The notes under the pieces: model-generated | The model's input: only the letters and a program-made list of their open reading frames with translations | Database searches by the model: none | What the model was told of the DNA's origin: nothing | Made by a program: the position numbers and the translations under genes | Shown here: positions 1-8,100 of the stretch, piece after piece | How the letters are laid out: each line of letters opens with the position of its first letter | Numbering within the stretch: position 1 is the stretch's first letter | Assembly: GCA_964593865.1 (NCBI GenBank) | Contig: CAZQKE010000132.1 | Location: 1-36,696, forward strand | Source: an uncultured Anaerolineaceae bacterium | GTDB taxonomy: Bacteria > Chloroflexota > Anaerolineae > JAAYZQ01 | Reading direction: 5' to 3' | DNA length: 36,696 nucleotides

Positions 1-24
1 CAACTACCTGTTCCCATCCAGGCT

Positions 25-207
25 ATGGCATTGCAAGATTGTGTTGATTTGGCTGTCTTCTTTCTTAGAACCACTATTTGGGCTCAAAACCTTACTATAG
101 GTGTCCGAGGAGTTGGGGGCGCGGTTGATGTGGCAATTATCACAAGGAGAGAAGGATTTCGCTTTATTCAGCAAAAGCAAATCGTTGCGGAACAGGAGGT
201 GAAATGA
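25..207 (+). CDS. Small hypothetical protein (60 aa); the first gene of a possible overlapping pair.
   Basis: The ATG lies at 25 and the stop overlaps the next ATG (ATGA at 204-207). The segment is low-GC and the product has no recognisable motif. The true start could lie upstream of the window. Confidence 0.25.
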   Translation: MALQDCVDLAVFFLRTTIWAQNLTIGVRGVGGAVDVAIITRREGFRFIQQKQIVAEQEVK

Positions 208-443
208 TGACGGCTGATTCGGCTGTATCTCATCAATCTTTTGGCGATATTCGAAGCCAGAGTGAAACAGGGATTTATACTGCTGCATCGGATTGGCAAC
301 GAATTAACACCTTCTGGCGGATCAAAATGTATCCTGTTCATCCAATCAGTGGAGAACCGCTAGAGAAGCCCAGTGTTGGTAGGGACGAGCGAGATCTTTT
401 GCCGCCGAGTTGGGAGACCTTTACCATAACTGTGGCAGGCTAA
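204..443 (+). CDS. Small hypothetical protein (79 aa); the second gene of an ATGA-overlapping pair, possibly a toxin-antitoxin-like module.
   Basis: A perfect RBS, AGGAGGTG, lies 5 nt upstream of the ATG at 204. The 4-nt ATGA overlap with ORF 25..207 points to translational coupling. The region is AT-rich and the product has no recognisable family motif. Confidence 0.35.
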   Translation: MMTADSAVSHQSFGDIRSQSETGIYTAASDWQRINTFWRIKMYPVHPISGEPLEKPSVGRDERDLLPPSWETFTITVAG

Positions 444-444
444 C

Positions 445-845
445 AATGGCTTGCACCCGACCGCGCTCCGCGAGCGCAAATCGGCAGCCTTACGCGCTTT
501 CAGGAGAATTTGTAGCGAGGGTGGCTTCCCGCACCCGCGCGGCGGGTGAAGCCTGGTCGTTCCAGCGGACGCTTCGCTCGCTACGCTCACTTGCGCCCGC
601 TGGAACGGGCGGCGGCTGGCTTCCGCCATCCGCAGTTCGGCTGCTCGCTGCGCTCGCGTCCGCCGAACATGCGGATGGAACGGACCTCCGCCTAAATACG
701 CTCGCTGACGCTCGCGATTTAGGCGGAAGCCGCTCATCCGCCGCCCGTTATGCGGCGAAGCGGAGCGAAGCCGCGATAACAAGCAGATGGCCGGAGCGCA
801 GCGGAGGCATCCGCCACGCCGTTAGCGCGGGCGCGCAGCAGAGCC
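445..845. other. GC-rich, highly base-paired non-coding segment; a candidate structured RNA or a composite palindromic element.
   Basis: The segment lies between convergent genes. Its GC content is far above that of both flanks. It carries several perfect or near-perfect nested stems. Examples are CGTTCCAGCGG...CCGCTGGAACG (11 bp), GGCTTCCGCC...GGCGGAAGCC (10 bp, long-range), CCGCCTAAAT...ATTTAGGCGG (10 bp), ATCCGCAGTTCGGC...GCCGAACATGCGGAT (14 bp with one bulge) and GCGCTCCGCGAGCGC. The ORFs drawn across it are low-complexity Ala/Arg-rich artefacts. Confidence 0.3.
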
Positions 846-846
846 G

Positions 847-1341
847 TCAAGTGCATCCTGATGTTGTGTCTTGTCTGAGTCCGTTACTTACAGCATCAAG
901 CAGGATGTCCAGAACCAATTCGCCGCCTAGGATTAGACGGTTGTTATCGCTGTCAACCTTGATTCCTCGGGGCAACGCCTCCCAGTCAATCTGAACAGCA
1001 TACCCATTAGGATGATCAAGCGCCAACTGCGCTCCTTCGTGGACGATCGGGTTTCTCAGGTATTTGTACAAAATTCGCTCAAATGTGAGTAACTTACCCC
1101 GCGAAGGGATCTCTATGTTGTGAACCTGCGGTCTTCCCTCCCGGCGCATCTGTTCCTTCAGAAACTCCTCAAAGCGCTCCCCCACGCCCTTGTTTGGAAA
1201 GCGTCTTCGAGCGAGGGCATCGACAGCACAGAGCAGAAGCAGCAAAGCACTGTACTTGCGCTGGAAATTGAGGAGACCAACGGCATCCTGAAACATCCAC
1301 CAAAGATCGTGCTGATCTTGTTCCTGTTCAACTTCGGGCAT
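847..1341 (-). CDS. Hypothetical protein (164 aa) in a low-GC island.
   Basis: The start is the ATG (rc) at 1339-1341 with a GGAG spaced upstream. The longer track ORF has no RBS. About 50 % GC against about 65 % genome-wide. No family motif recognised. Confidence 0.5.
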   Translation of the reverse strand: MPEVEQEQDQHDLWWMFQDAVGLLNFQRKYSALLLLLCAVDALARRRFPNKGVGERFEEFLKEQMRREGRPQVHNIEIPSRGKLLTFERILYKYLRNPIVHEGAQLALDHPNGYAVQIDWEALPRGIKVDSDNNRLILGGELVLDILLDAVSNGLRQDTTSGCT

Positions 1342-1364
1342 GACTTCTCCGAGGACACAACTAT

Positions 1365-1420
1365 TGATTATACGGAATCCGCCTTCCCCCCCCTCCTGGG
1401 GTTTTATACGGAATCCATCC
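1365..1420 (-). promoter_or_regulatory. Putative promoter and operator for the 847..1341 gene.
   Basis: In minus-strand sense there is a TATAAT -10 box (plus-strand coordinates 1368-1373) about 27 nt upstream of the ATG. A 13-nt direct repeat GGATTCCGTATAA occurs twice, 36 nt apart (rc of 1369-1381 and 1405-1417). The proximal copy contains the -10 box. Confidence 0.35.
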
Positions 1421-1767
1421 AACCTGCTCCCTGAGTTGCAATTACAGAAACTTCATAATCAGCCTGTCATGGATACATTACGGAAATACGAAGCACAGAG
1501 TGCGGAGTACAGGAACAACAAACCAAAAGTATGCCGACACCCTGTCGGGGAACTCGTCTCTCGAACGCGCCGGGCACCGCCCGGCAATCTCATCATAACA
1601 TGAACCGTTGAAAAAGTCAAACCCCGTCAACCTACCCCTGTGTAGGCCAAACGCACCGACCGCCGCCAACCCCGGCGCACCGCAGGGCCGCCGAAAACCC
1701 GCTGCTTCTCGGCGGCCTCTGCGGTGCGAATACAGGCGTCGGCGCAGCCCCCGTTCGCGGACGGCCC

Positions 1768-4191
1768 CTACTGCGCCGGGAGGACATAGACGTTGACGCT
1801 CAGGGGTGGGACCGGCAGCCCGGCGGTCGGGTCCTCCACCGTGTCCTGCCGGATGCGCACCTGGGGCGGTTGGCCCGGCTCGTTGTAGGCCCACGGCGGC
1901 GCGGAAACGTACCACCACTGCCCCCCGCCTCCCCAGGCGGCGTTTTGCAGGCTCAGGTCCAGGCGGTAGGACTGTTCCGTGGGGTTGACGACGGCCACCG
2001 TCAGGGCCGTTTGGTCCTCCGTCCAGGCGGCGGCGACATCCAACGGGTCGGTCGCGCCGTTCACCGTCAGGGGCAGCGTGCCAAAGTGACGGCGGTACAG
2101 CTCCCAGGCCAGCCCCGTGGCTTCGATGGCCGCCGCCGTCTGCGTCGTCTTGACCTGGCCGTGGGTGTTGACGGCGTGGAAATTGACCATCTCGATCAGG
2201 TCGCTGTTGTCAAAAATGGCGTGCAAGCCCCGGGCAATGCCCAGCGCATCACGAAAGTAGTAGCGCGGCGCCGCCTCGCCATAGATTTCGGGCCGGTTGG
2301 CCCACACATAGTTCCACTCGTCCAGGGCCAGGCGGATGTCCTTGCCCTGCAATTCGGGCATCTCGGCCCGGTATTGGCGATGGGGCCGCACAAAGTTTTC
2401 CGTCTCCAGGGCGACGCTACGGCTGTGGTCCGCCACCTCCAGGGCGGAACCGGCGTAGACATGCTCGCTGATCAACGTCATGTAATCCCCGGCCTTGCGC
2501 AGCATCTCCTGGGACCAGGTTTCATCGGCCTCCGTGCCCGGTTCCTGAGCCGCGCCGACGGCGATCAAGCGCAGGCTGGGGTCCACGGCCCACATGGCCT
2601 GGGCGACCTTGTTTTGGAGGGGGATATATTCGGCCAGGTTGATAAAGAACCAGGCTTCGTTGCCCACACCCCAAAAGCGGACGCCGTAAGGTTCGGGGTG
2701 GCCGTTGGCCGCCCGCCGCTGGCCCATGGGCGTGTCGGCCCCGCCGTTGACATACTCGACCTCCTGGGCGGCCAGGGGCACATCGTTCTCATCCATGACG
2801 CTGACGGCAATGTACGCCTCTGCGCCGGTCAGTTGGCACAGGGTCAGAAACTCGTCCAGGCCGAAATCGTTGGATTCCACCTCCTCCGACCAGTAAGCGT
2901 TGTTGAGGATGGGCGGGCGTTTGTCCCGGTCGCCGATGGCCTGCCGCCAGTCATAGTGGTTCACAAAGGTTCCGCCCGGCCAGCGGTAGACGGTAAAGCC
3001 CAGTTCCTTGAGCAGGGCCAGCGTATCGGCGCGGATGCCTTGCACATTGTCGGCGGGCATCAGGGAGGGCGGGCCGATGAACAGGTTTCCCTGGCCGCGC
3101 CCCGCAATCTCCAACGCGCCGTTTTCCGTGTCCCCTCCGGCGGTCAGGCTGATGGGGATTTTGGCATATTCCTCGCCGATCTGCCCCAGGTCCAGAGTCT
3201 GGCGGTCGTCCGCGCCCGGCCCCCACACCAGGCTGACCTCGGCCTGCACCTTGCCCGTGGCGGCCAGGATGACATAACCGCTGTAAGACTGCCCGGCCCG
3301 CAGTCCCAGACGGCGCTGGACGATGCCCCGGGGCCGGACGCCGTCCACAAAGACGCGGGGGCTGTGTTGGCCCACGTAGGCGTGTTCCTCGTCCATCGTC
3401 ACCACCGTATCGGGCGCGTTGGCGAACCAGGGCGAAAGGAATTTTTCCAGGCCCCAGGGGAAATAGTAGTTGACCGGGTGGTAGAACTTGCGGTCGCGGA
3501 GCATCTCGGCCCAGATGCCGCCATAGATGCAGCGGCCCTGGTGCTCGATGAACGTGCCGTACACATAGGGCGAGATGGGCGAGCCGGTTTGGGCGGCGTC
3601 CACGCTGACCGAAACCGCCTGGGCCTGCGCCGCGTCCCAGGGCGGGACGGTCGCGCCCAGGGCGGAAGGGGGCGGCAGGATCAACGCGCCGCCTTCCTCC
3701 GGGATCAAAGCCGGTTCTTCGCCGGGCGGCGGACCCCCCGGCGGCGGCGCGCCCTCTTCGGGCAGGGGCTGTTCGCCTACCTGAATGCCGACGGTGCGCT
3801 CCTCCAGGCGGTCGCCCAGGTCCACCCACAGGCGGTAAAAGGTGGATTCCGCAGGGCAGACCTGCTTCTGGCCCTCGGCGTCCACCCTTTCGTCCCCCAG
3901 CCCCACCTCAAAGAACTGGCCGGAGACGCGCCAGCGCAGGGTGACGCATTCGCCCGGCTGGATGCGGCTGCTGCTGGCCTCAAAACGGACCTGCACGCCG
4001 CCTTCCTCCTCCCCGGCGGGGGGAGCAGGGGCTGCCGTCGCCTCGGCGGGGGGAGCGGTGGGGGGCGGGGCCGCCGTCGTCGGGGCGGGGGCCGCCGCCT
4101 GGGGCGGCTCGGTCGGCGGCGGGGCCGCCGTGGGCGCCGCCGGAGCGCAAGCGGCCAGCAACAAAATTAGCAGTAGCGCGAGACGTTTCAT
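1768..4191 (-). CDS. GH51-family alpha-L-arabinofuranosidase. It is a lipoprotein with an N-terminal small domain and a Pro/Ala-rich linker.
   Basis: The ATG at 4189-4191 (rc) is preceded by AAAGGAGGAGG. The signal peptide carries the lipobox L-A-A-C. GH51 hallmarks are FIEHQGRCIYGGIW, GGTFVNHYDWRQAIG and the catalytic GNE motif (WGVGNEAWFF). The track ORF extends 11 codons further upstream. Confidence 0.85.
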   Translation of the reverse strand: MKRLALLLILLLAACAPAAPTAAPPPTEPPQAAAPAPTTAAPPPTAPPAEATAAPAPPAGEEEGGVQVRFEASSSRIQPGECVTLRWRVSGQFFEVGLGDERVDAEGQKQVCPAESTFYRLWVDLGDRLEERTVGIQVGEQPLPEEGAPPPGGPPPGEEPALIPEEGGALILPPPSALGATVPPWDAAQAQAVSVSVDAAQTGSPISPYVYGTFIEHQGRCIYGGIWAEMLRDRKFYHPVNYYFPWGLEKFLSPWFANAPDTVVTMDEEHAYVGQHSPRVFVDGVRPRGIVQRRLGLRAGQSYSGYVILAATGKVQAEVSLVWGPGADDRQTLDLGQIGEEYAKIPISLTAGGDTENGALEIAGRGQGNLFIGPPSLMPADNVQGIRADTLALLKELGFTVYRWPGGTFVNHYDWRQAIGDRDKRPPILNNAYWSEEVESNDFGLDEFLTLCQLTGAEAYIAVSVMDENDVPLAAQEVEYVNGGADTPMGQRRAANGHPEPYGVRFWGVGNEAWFFINLAEYIPLQNKVAQAMWAVDPSLRLIAVGAAQEPGTEADETWSQEMLRKAGDYMTLISEHVYAGSALEVADHSRSVALETENFVRPHRQYRAEMPELQGKDIRLALDEWNYVWANRPEIYGEAAPRYYFRDALGIARGLHAIFDNSDLIEMVNFHAVNTHGQVKTTQTAAAIEATGLAWELYRRHFGTLPLTVNGATDPLDVAAAWTEDQTALTVAVVNPTEQSYRLDLSLQNAAWGGGGQWWYVSAPPWAYNEPGQPPQVRIRQDTVEDPTAGLPVPPLSVNVYVLPAQ

Positions 4192-4227
4192 TTGACACCT
4201 CCTCCTTTTTCGTGTATCATTCAAGAC

Positions 4228-5475
4228 GTGAATAACTTTTATTCAGAGCCGGAAATCTATTACCCGCGCTGGCTGACGCCCCTCTTGCAAACCGCCTGGC
4301 AGGACCATCCCATCGTCGTCCTGACCGGCGCCCGGCAGGTGGGCAAAAGCACCTTGCTCCTGAACGCCGCGCCTTTCCGGGAGTGGCGGTTCCATACCCT
4401 GGATGACTTTACCGTGTTGCGCCAGGCCCAGGAGGACCCGGCGGAGCTGTGGGCCGGTGTGGATCGGATCGTGTTGGACGAAGTACAGCGCGCGCCGGAA
4501 CTTTTGCCGGCCATCAAGCAGGCGGTGGACCGCGACCACCGTCTGCACTTTGTCCTATCCGGCTCGGCCAACCTGTTGCTGATGCGGCGCATCGGTGAGA
4601 GCCTGGCCGGGCGGGCCGTTTACTTTGTCCTCCACCCCATGACCCTGGGCGAAATGCGCCGGTCGCCGCCCCCGGACCTGCTGTCCCGCCTGTTGCGGGC
4701 CGAATGGCCGGAGGAAACCACCCTCGCGGAGGCTCCGCCCGACCCGACACCGCTCTTGCAGCGTGGCTTTTTGCCCGCCTTGCTGCGTCTTCCTTCACCG
4801 GAAGCGTGGGTACGCTGGTGGAACGGCTATGTCGCCACCTACCTGGAACGGGACCTGCGTCAGTTTTCGCAGATTGACCGGCTGTTGGACTTCCGACGCT
4901 TGATGGAAATGCTGGCCCTCCGCAGCGGGCAGCTCCTCAACCAATCGGAGCTGGGCCGTGACGCCGGGTTGTCTCAATCCACCGTCCATCGTTACCTGAA
5001 CCTGTTGGAAACAACGCAGCTCTTTGAGCGGCTGCCGGCTTACACAGCCGGTCGCACCGCCCGCCTGATGAAATCGCCCAAAGCCTTCTGGACCGATCCC
5101 GGTCTGGCCGTCTTTTTGTCCGGCTACTTTGAGGAGGAAGCGTTGCGCTCGGCCCGCGAACGGGGGGCCTTTTTCGAGACCCTGATCTTTCACCACCTGC
5201 GGGTGCTGGCCGGGTTGTTGACCCCGCCTGCCCGCCTCTACTTCTGGCGCACCCGCCGGGGCCGGGAGGTGGATTTTGTGGTCGAGCATGGCCGCCGTCT
5301 GCTGGCCTTTGAGGTCAAGCGGGCGCGGCGTGTCCACCATGGCGATACGGCCTCCCTGCGCCTCTTTCTCCAAGAGTACCCCCAGGCCGTCGGCGGCGTC
5401 CTGCTGTACGGTGGGCAGGAGATCCGCCGCCTGGGGGCCAAGATCGTCGCCCTTCCCTGGACCATGATCACATGA
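4228..5475 (+). CDS. AAA-family ATPase with a C-terminal DUF4143-like domain.
   Basis: The Walker A motif is LTGARQVGKSTLL and the Walker B motif is IVLDEVQ. The overall length and layout are typical of DUF4143 ATPases. The start is uncertain. The track uses TTG at 4192, which abuts the divergent gene. The in-frame GTG at 4228 is proposed instead. Confidence 0.7.
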   Translation: MNNFYSEPEIYYPRWLTPLLQTAWQDHPIVVLTGARQVGKSTLLLNAAPFREWRFHTLDDFTVLRQAQEDPAELWAGVDRIVLDEVQRAPELLPAIKQAVDRDHRLHFVLSGSANLLLMRRIGESLAGRAVYFVLHPMTLGEMRRSPPPDLLSRLLRAEWPEETTLAEAPPDPTPLLQRGFLPALLRLPSPEAWVRWWNGYVATYLERDLRQFSQIDRLLDFRRLMEMLALRSGQLLNQSELGRDAGLSQSTVHRYLNLLETTQLFERLPAYTAGRTARLMKSPKAFWTDPGLAVFLSGYFEEEALRSARERGAFFETLIFHHLRVLAGLLTPPARLYFWRTRRGREVDFVVEHGRRLLAFEVKRARRVHHGDTASLRLFLQEYPQAVGGVLLYGGQEIRRLGAKIVALPWTMIT

Positions 5476-5604
5476 TGTTCGGCGCGAACAGGTCTCCGAT
5501 TCGGGGCAGCCCGACCGTCCCATCACGCGGAGGCACGGAGAGCAGGACCGACGCCGATTCGGCCTACAACGCCCTGTGCCCTCCGTGTCTCCGTGGTTCG
5601 GACC

Positions 5605-8061
5605 TCAGTCAACCGGCTCCGACCTCCGACGCCGGATCAATGCGGCCAGGGCCAACGGCAGGGCCGCCGCGCCGCCGCAGAGTCCACCCTTTGACGGCTC
5701 TGCCGGGGGCGTGGGAGCCGCCGGTTCGCCGGTCGGCGCGGCCGGCCGGGTTGGGGCAGGGGCTTCCGGTTGGCCCGGCGGTTCCCCCAGGCGAAAGGCC
5801 CCGCCCCCCTCGGAGGCCATGTAGAGCACCCGGCCATCGGTGGAAAGGGCCAGGTCGCGCACGTTGCGGGTGAGCAGGCCGTCGTTCAGCTCCTGCCAGG
5901 TCGCCCCTCCGTCGGTGGAAAAGTAGATGCCGCTCTCCGCAGCCCCGGCATAGAGCACCTGGGGGTCGGTGGGGTCCACGACGATGGCCTTGACCGAGAC
6001 CTCCGGCGGCATCCCCGACGAAGCAGGCCGCCAGGTCCGCCCGCCGTCGTCGCTGATGGCCGCGCCGCCCCGCACGAAACCGATGTAGAGCCGCTCCCGG
6101 TTCGTCGGGTCCACGGCCAGGGCCAGGGGGGCCGTGCGCGGCATATCCGGGTCGGGGGGCGGCGGCATTCCCTGGGTGGCGTCGTCGTTGACCATCTCCC
6201 ACGTTTCCCCGCCGTCGTCGGAGCGGTAGACGCGGGCGGGGGCCACCGTGGCATAGACGCGCCGACCGTCGGCGGCAAAGGCCAGGTTCAGCACCTGTTG
6301 CCCGTCCAGGCCGGAGGGCGTCCAGGTCTGGCCGCCGTCGCGGGAAAGGATGATGCCGCCGCCCGGTTCCTCGCAGCCTTCGCCTTTGGTCTGGCAAGCG
6401 CCGTTCCCCACACCGGCCAGGACCAGGCCCCGTTCGGTGGGGGAGAAGCGGAAGCGGGTGGCCATGCCCTGCAGTCCCTTGTCCATCAGCTCATGGCCCA
6501 CGTCGCGCCAGGTGTGGCCGCCGTCGGTGCTCAGCTTGGGCAGCGGTCCCGCGTCGCCCACGCTGGCCAGGATATGTTGTGCGTCCCACGGGTCCACGGC
6601 GATGGCCAACCCTTCCAGGGCGCGGGCCGGGCCGTAGCTCAACCCCTCCCAGGTTTGGCCGCCGTCGCTGCTGGCAAAGAGGCCGCTGCGGGCGGTGGCA
6701 TAGACGCGGGCCGGATCGTCCCGCGCCACGGCGATCTGGAACATCAACGCGCCGGAATAGCCCCGGCTGGCCACCTGCCAGGTGCGGCCCCCATCCTCGC
6801 TGAGAAAGTTGCCGCCGCCGTAGGCGTTGACGAACACCCGATCGGCGTTGCGGGGATCGCATTGCAGGTCAATGGGGAACCCGGCCACCACCCCCGGCGG
6901 CCCCCACATCTCCTCCCCCACCTGGACAACCTGGCCTTCGCCGACGCCGGCCTGCAACCGCCAGGTTTGGCCCGCGTCGTCGCTGCGGTAGAAGCTATAC
7001 AAAGAGGCGGCGTAGGCCACATTCGGGTCCCCCTCGCAGATTTCAACCGCGCTGCCGTTGGGCAGATCAAGCACCCGCTGCCAGGTATCGCCGCCGTCCT
7101 CGGTGCGGTAGACGGCGCCGAGGGGATGGCCCAGGACGTACATGTAGGGATCGTTGCCCGCGGCGGCCAGGAGAATGTTCGGGTTGGTGGGGTGCATGTA
7201 GAGGCTGCCGAAGTAGAGCTCATCGGGGCGGAAGCCGTTTTCCACCCCCAGCACCTCCCAGGTCTGGCCGCCGTCATGGCTGCGGAGGATGCCCACGCCG
7301 CCCGGATCGGGGGCCTCGGGATCGCCGTTGGCCGCCACCCGGTCAAAAATGCCGGTGGAGACGTAGAGCAGGTTGTGATCCTGGGGGTGAATCCAGATGT
7401 AGCGGGCCAGATTGTCGCCGTACCAGATGCGCTCCCAGTGTTGGCCGCCGTCGGTCGTCTTGTAGACGATGCCCTTGACCGTGTCCACCCCCTGAAGGCT
7501 GGGCAAGGGTGAGCCGTTCCACTCCCAGCTGGATACCTCCCCGGCCAGGTAGACCACGTCCGAGTTGCCCGGTTCGACGGTCAGGCCCCGGATGGTAGGG
7601 CCGCGTTCCCGGATGCCGTTGTCCATCCGCACCCAGGTCGCGCCGCCGTCGTCGCTGCGATAGACGCTGCGCGAATACTGGGTTCCGATCCACACCCGGT
7701 CGGGGTTGTTGGGGTCAATGGTTAGGCTAAAGACGGGGATGCCGTCGCCGGAAGGGCCGATGCGGGTGATGATGCCGGAGTTGCTGAGGAACCAGCTCTG
7801 CCCGCCGTCGGTGGATTTGAACACCCCGGCCCAGGCGTCGGTGACGAACATCACATCGGGGTTGTCGGGCCGCATACGGACATCATAGCCCAGCCCGCCC
7901 AGCGGCCCGCCCAGGTACACCCAGGGGGAGGATTGATAGGCCGGAGGTGGTTCGCCTGCTTCCCGCAGGCCGCTACCTTGCGCTCCTACGCCCCCCAAGG
8001 ACAACAAGACCGATGCCAACGTGACGATGCCGACCAGTGAGATGATTCTTTTACCGTCCAT
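5605..8061 (-). CDS. Secreted BNR/Asp-box repeat protein with about 13 SxDxGxTW motifs, consistent with two beta-propellers of the GH74/sortilin-like type. It ends in a GlyGly-CTERM-like tail.
   Basis: The ATG at 8059-8061 (rc) has an AGGAGC RBS. The signal peptide is MDGKRIISLVGIVTLASVLLSL. Repeated Asp-boxes include STDGGQSW, SDDGGATW, TTDGGQHW and SHDGGQTW. The C-terminus is KGGLCGGAAALPLALAALIRRRRSEPVD. The track ORF runs 85 codons further upstream into the repeat array and is not believed. Confidence 0.8.
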   Translation of the reverse strand: MDGKRIISLVGIVTLASVLLSLGGVGAQGSGLREAGEPPPAYQSSPWVYLGGPLGGLGYDVRMRPDNPDVMFVTDAWAGVFKSTDGGQSWFLSNSGIITRIGPSGDGIPVFSLTIDPNNPDRVWIGTQYSRSVYRSDDGGATWVRMDNGIRERGPTIRGLTVEPGNSDVVYLAGEVSSWEWNGSPLPSLQGVDTVKGIVYKTTDGGQHWERIWYGDNLARYIWIHPQDHNLLYVSTGIFDRVAANGDPEAPDPGGVGILRSHDGGQTWEVLGVENGFRPDELYFGSLYMHPTNPNILLAAAGNDPYMYVLGHPLGAVYRTEDGGDTWQRVLDLPNGSAVEICEGDPNVAYAASLYSFYRSDDAGQTWRLQAGVGEGQVVQVGEEMWGPPGVVAGFPIDLQCDPRNADRVFVNAYGGGNFLSEDGGRTWQVASRGYSGALMFQIAVARDDPARVYATARSGLFASSDGGQTWEGLSYGPARALEGLAIAVDPWDAQHILASVGDAGPLPKLSTDGGHTWRDVGHELMDKGLQGMATRFRFSPTERGLVLAGVGNGACQTKGEGCEEPGGGIILSRDGGQTWTPSGLDGQQVLNLAFAADGRRVYATVAPARVYRSDDGGETWEMVNDDATQGMPPPPDPDMPRTAPLALAVDPTNRERLYIGFVRGGAAISDDGGRTWRPASSGMPPEVSVKAIVVDPTDPQVLYAGAAESGIYFSTDGGATWQELNDGLLTRNVRDLALSTDGRVLYMASEGGGAFRLGEPPGQPEAPAPTRPAAPTGEPAAPTPPAEPSKGGLCGGAAALPLALAALIRRRRSEPVD

Positions 8062-8100
8062 ATTTGCTCCTAACATTCCCGGTCCCACCGCCGGGCCGTG

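Noticed and set aside
410-994. ORFs 410..994 (+) and 360..782 (-) lying over the GC-rich structured segment.
   Set aside because: They are Ala/Arg/Ser low-complexity products of GC-rich palindromic DNA. They overlap each other and the gene at 847..1341.
1478-1603. Small plus-strand ORF (44-87 aa) and hairpins (CCGAC-ACCCT-GTCGG and GCCGGG-CACCG-CCCGGC) between the hypothetical gene and the arabinofuranosidase gene.
   Set aside because: There is no ribosome-binding site and no conservation signal. The hairpins lack U-tracts. This is probably just intergenic structure.
1870-4170. Long plus-strand ORFs antisense to real minus-strand genes. They run 1870..4170 (766 aa), 5770..7512 (580 aa), 8877..11063 (728 aa), 14288..15562 (424 aa) and 25317..26708 (463 aa). 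A further such ORF lies on the minus strand at 34671..36659 (662 aa).
   Set aside because: These are typical high-GC antisense open frames. Their translations are low-complexity and rich in Arg, Gly, Ala and Pro. They have no ribosome-binding sites. They overlap genes that carry strong family motifs.
4189-4230. Overlapping or abutting divergent start codons for the arabinofuranosidase and ATPase genes, which would mean a zero-length intergenic region.
   Set aside because: The TTG at 4192 used by the ORF track would sit inside the other gene's ribosome-binding site. An in-frame GTG at 4228 is more plausible. The two genes are therefore just a closely spaced divergent pair, about 36 bp apart.
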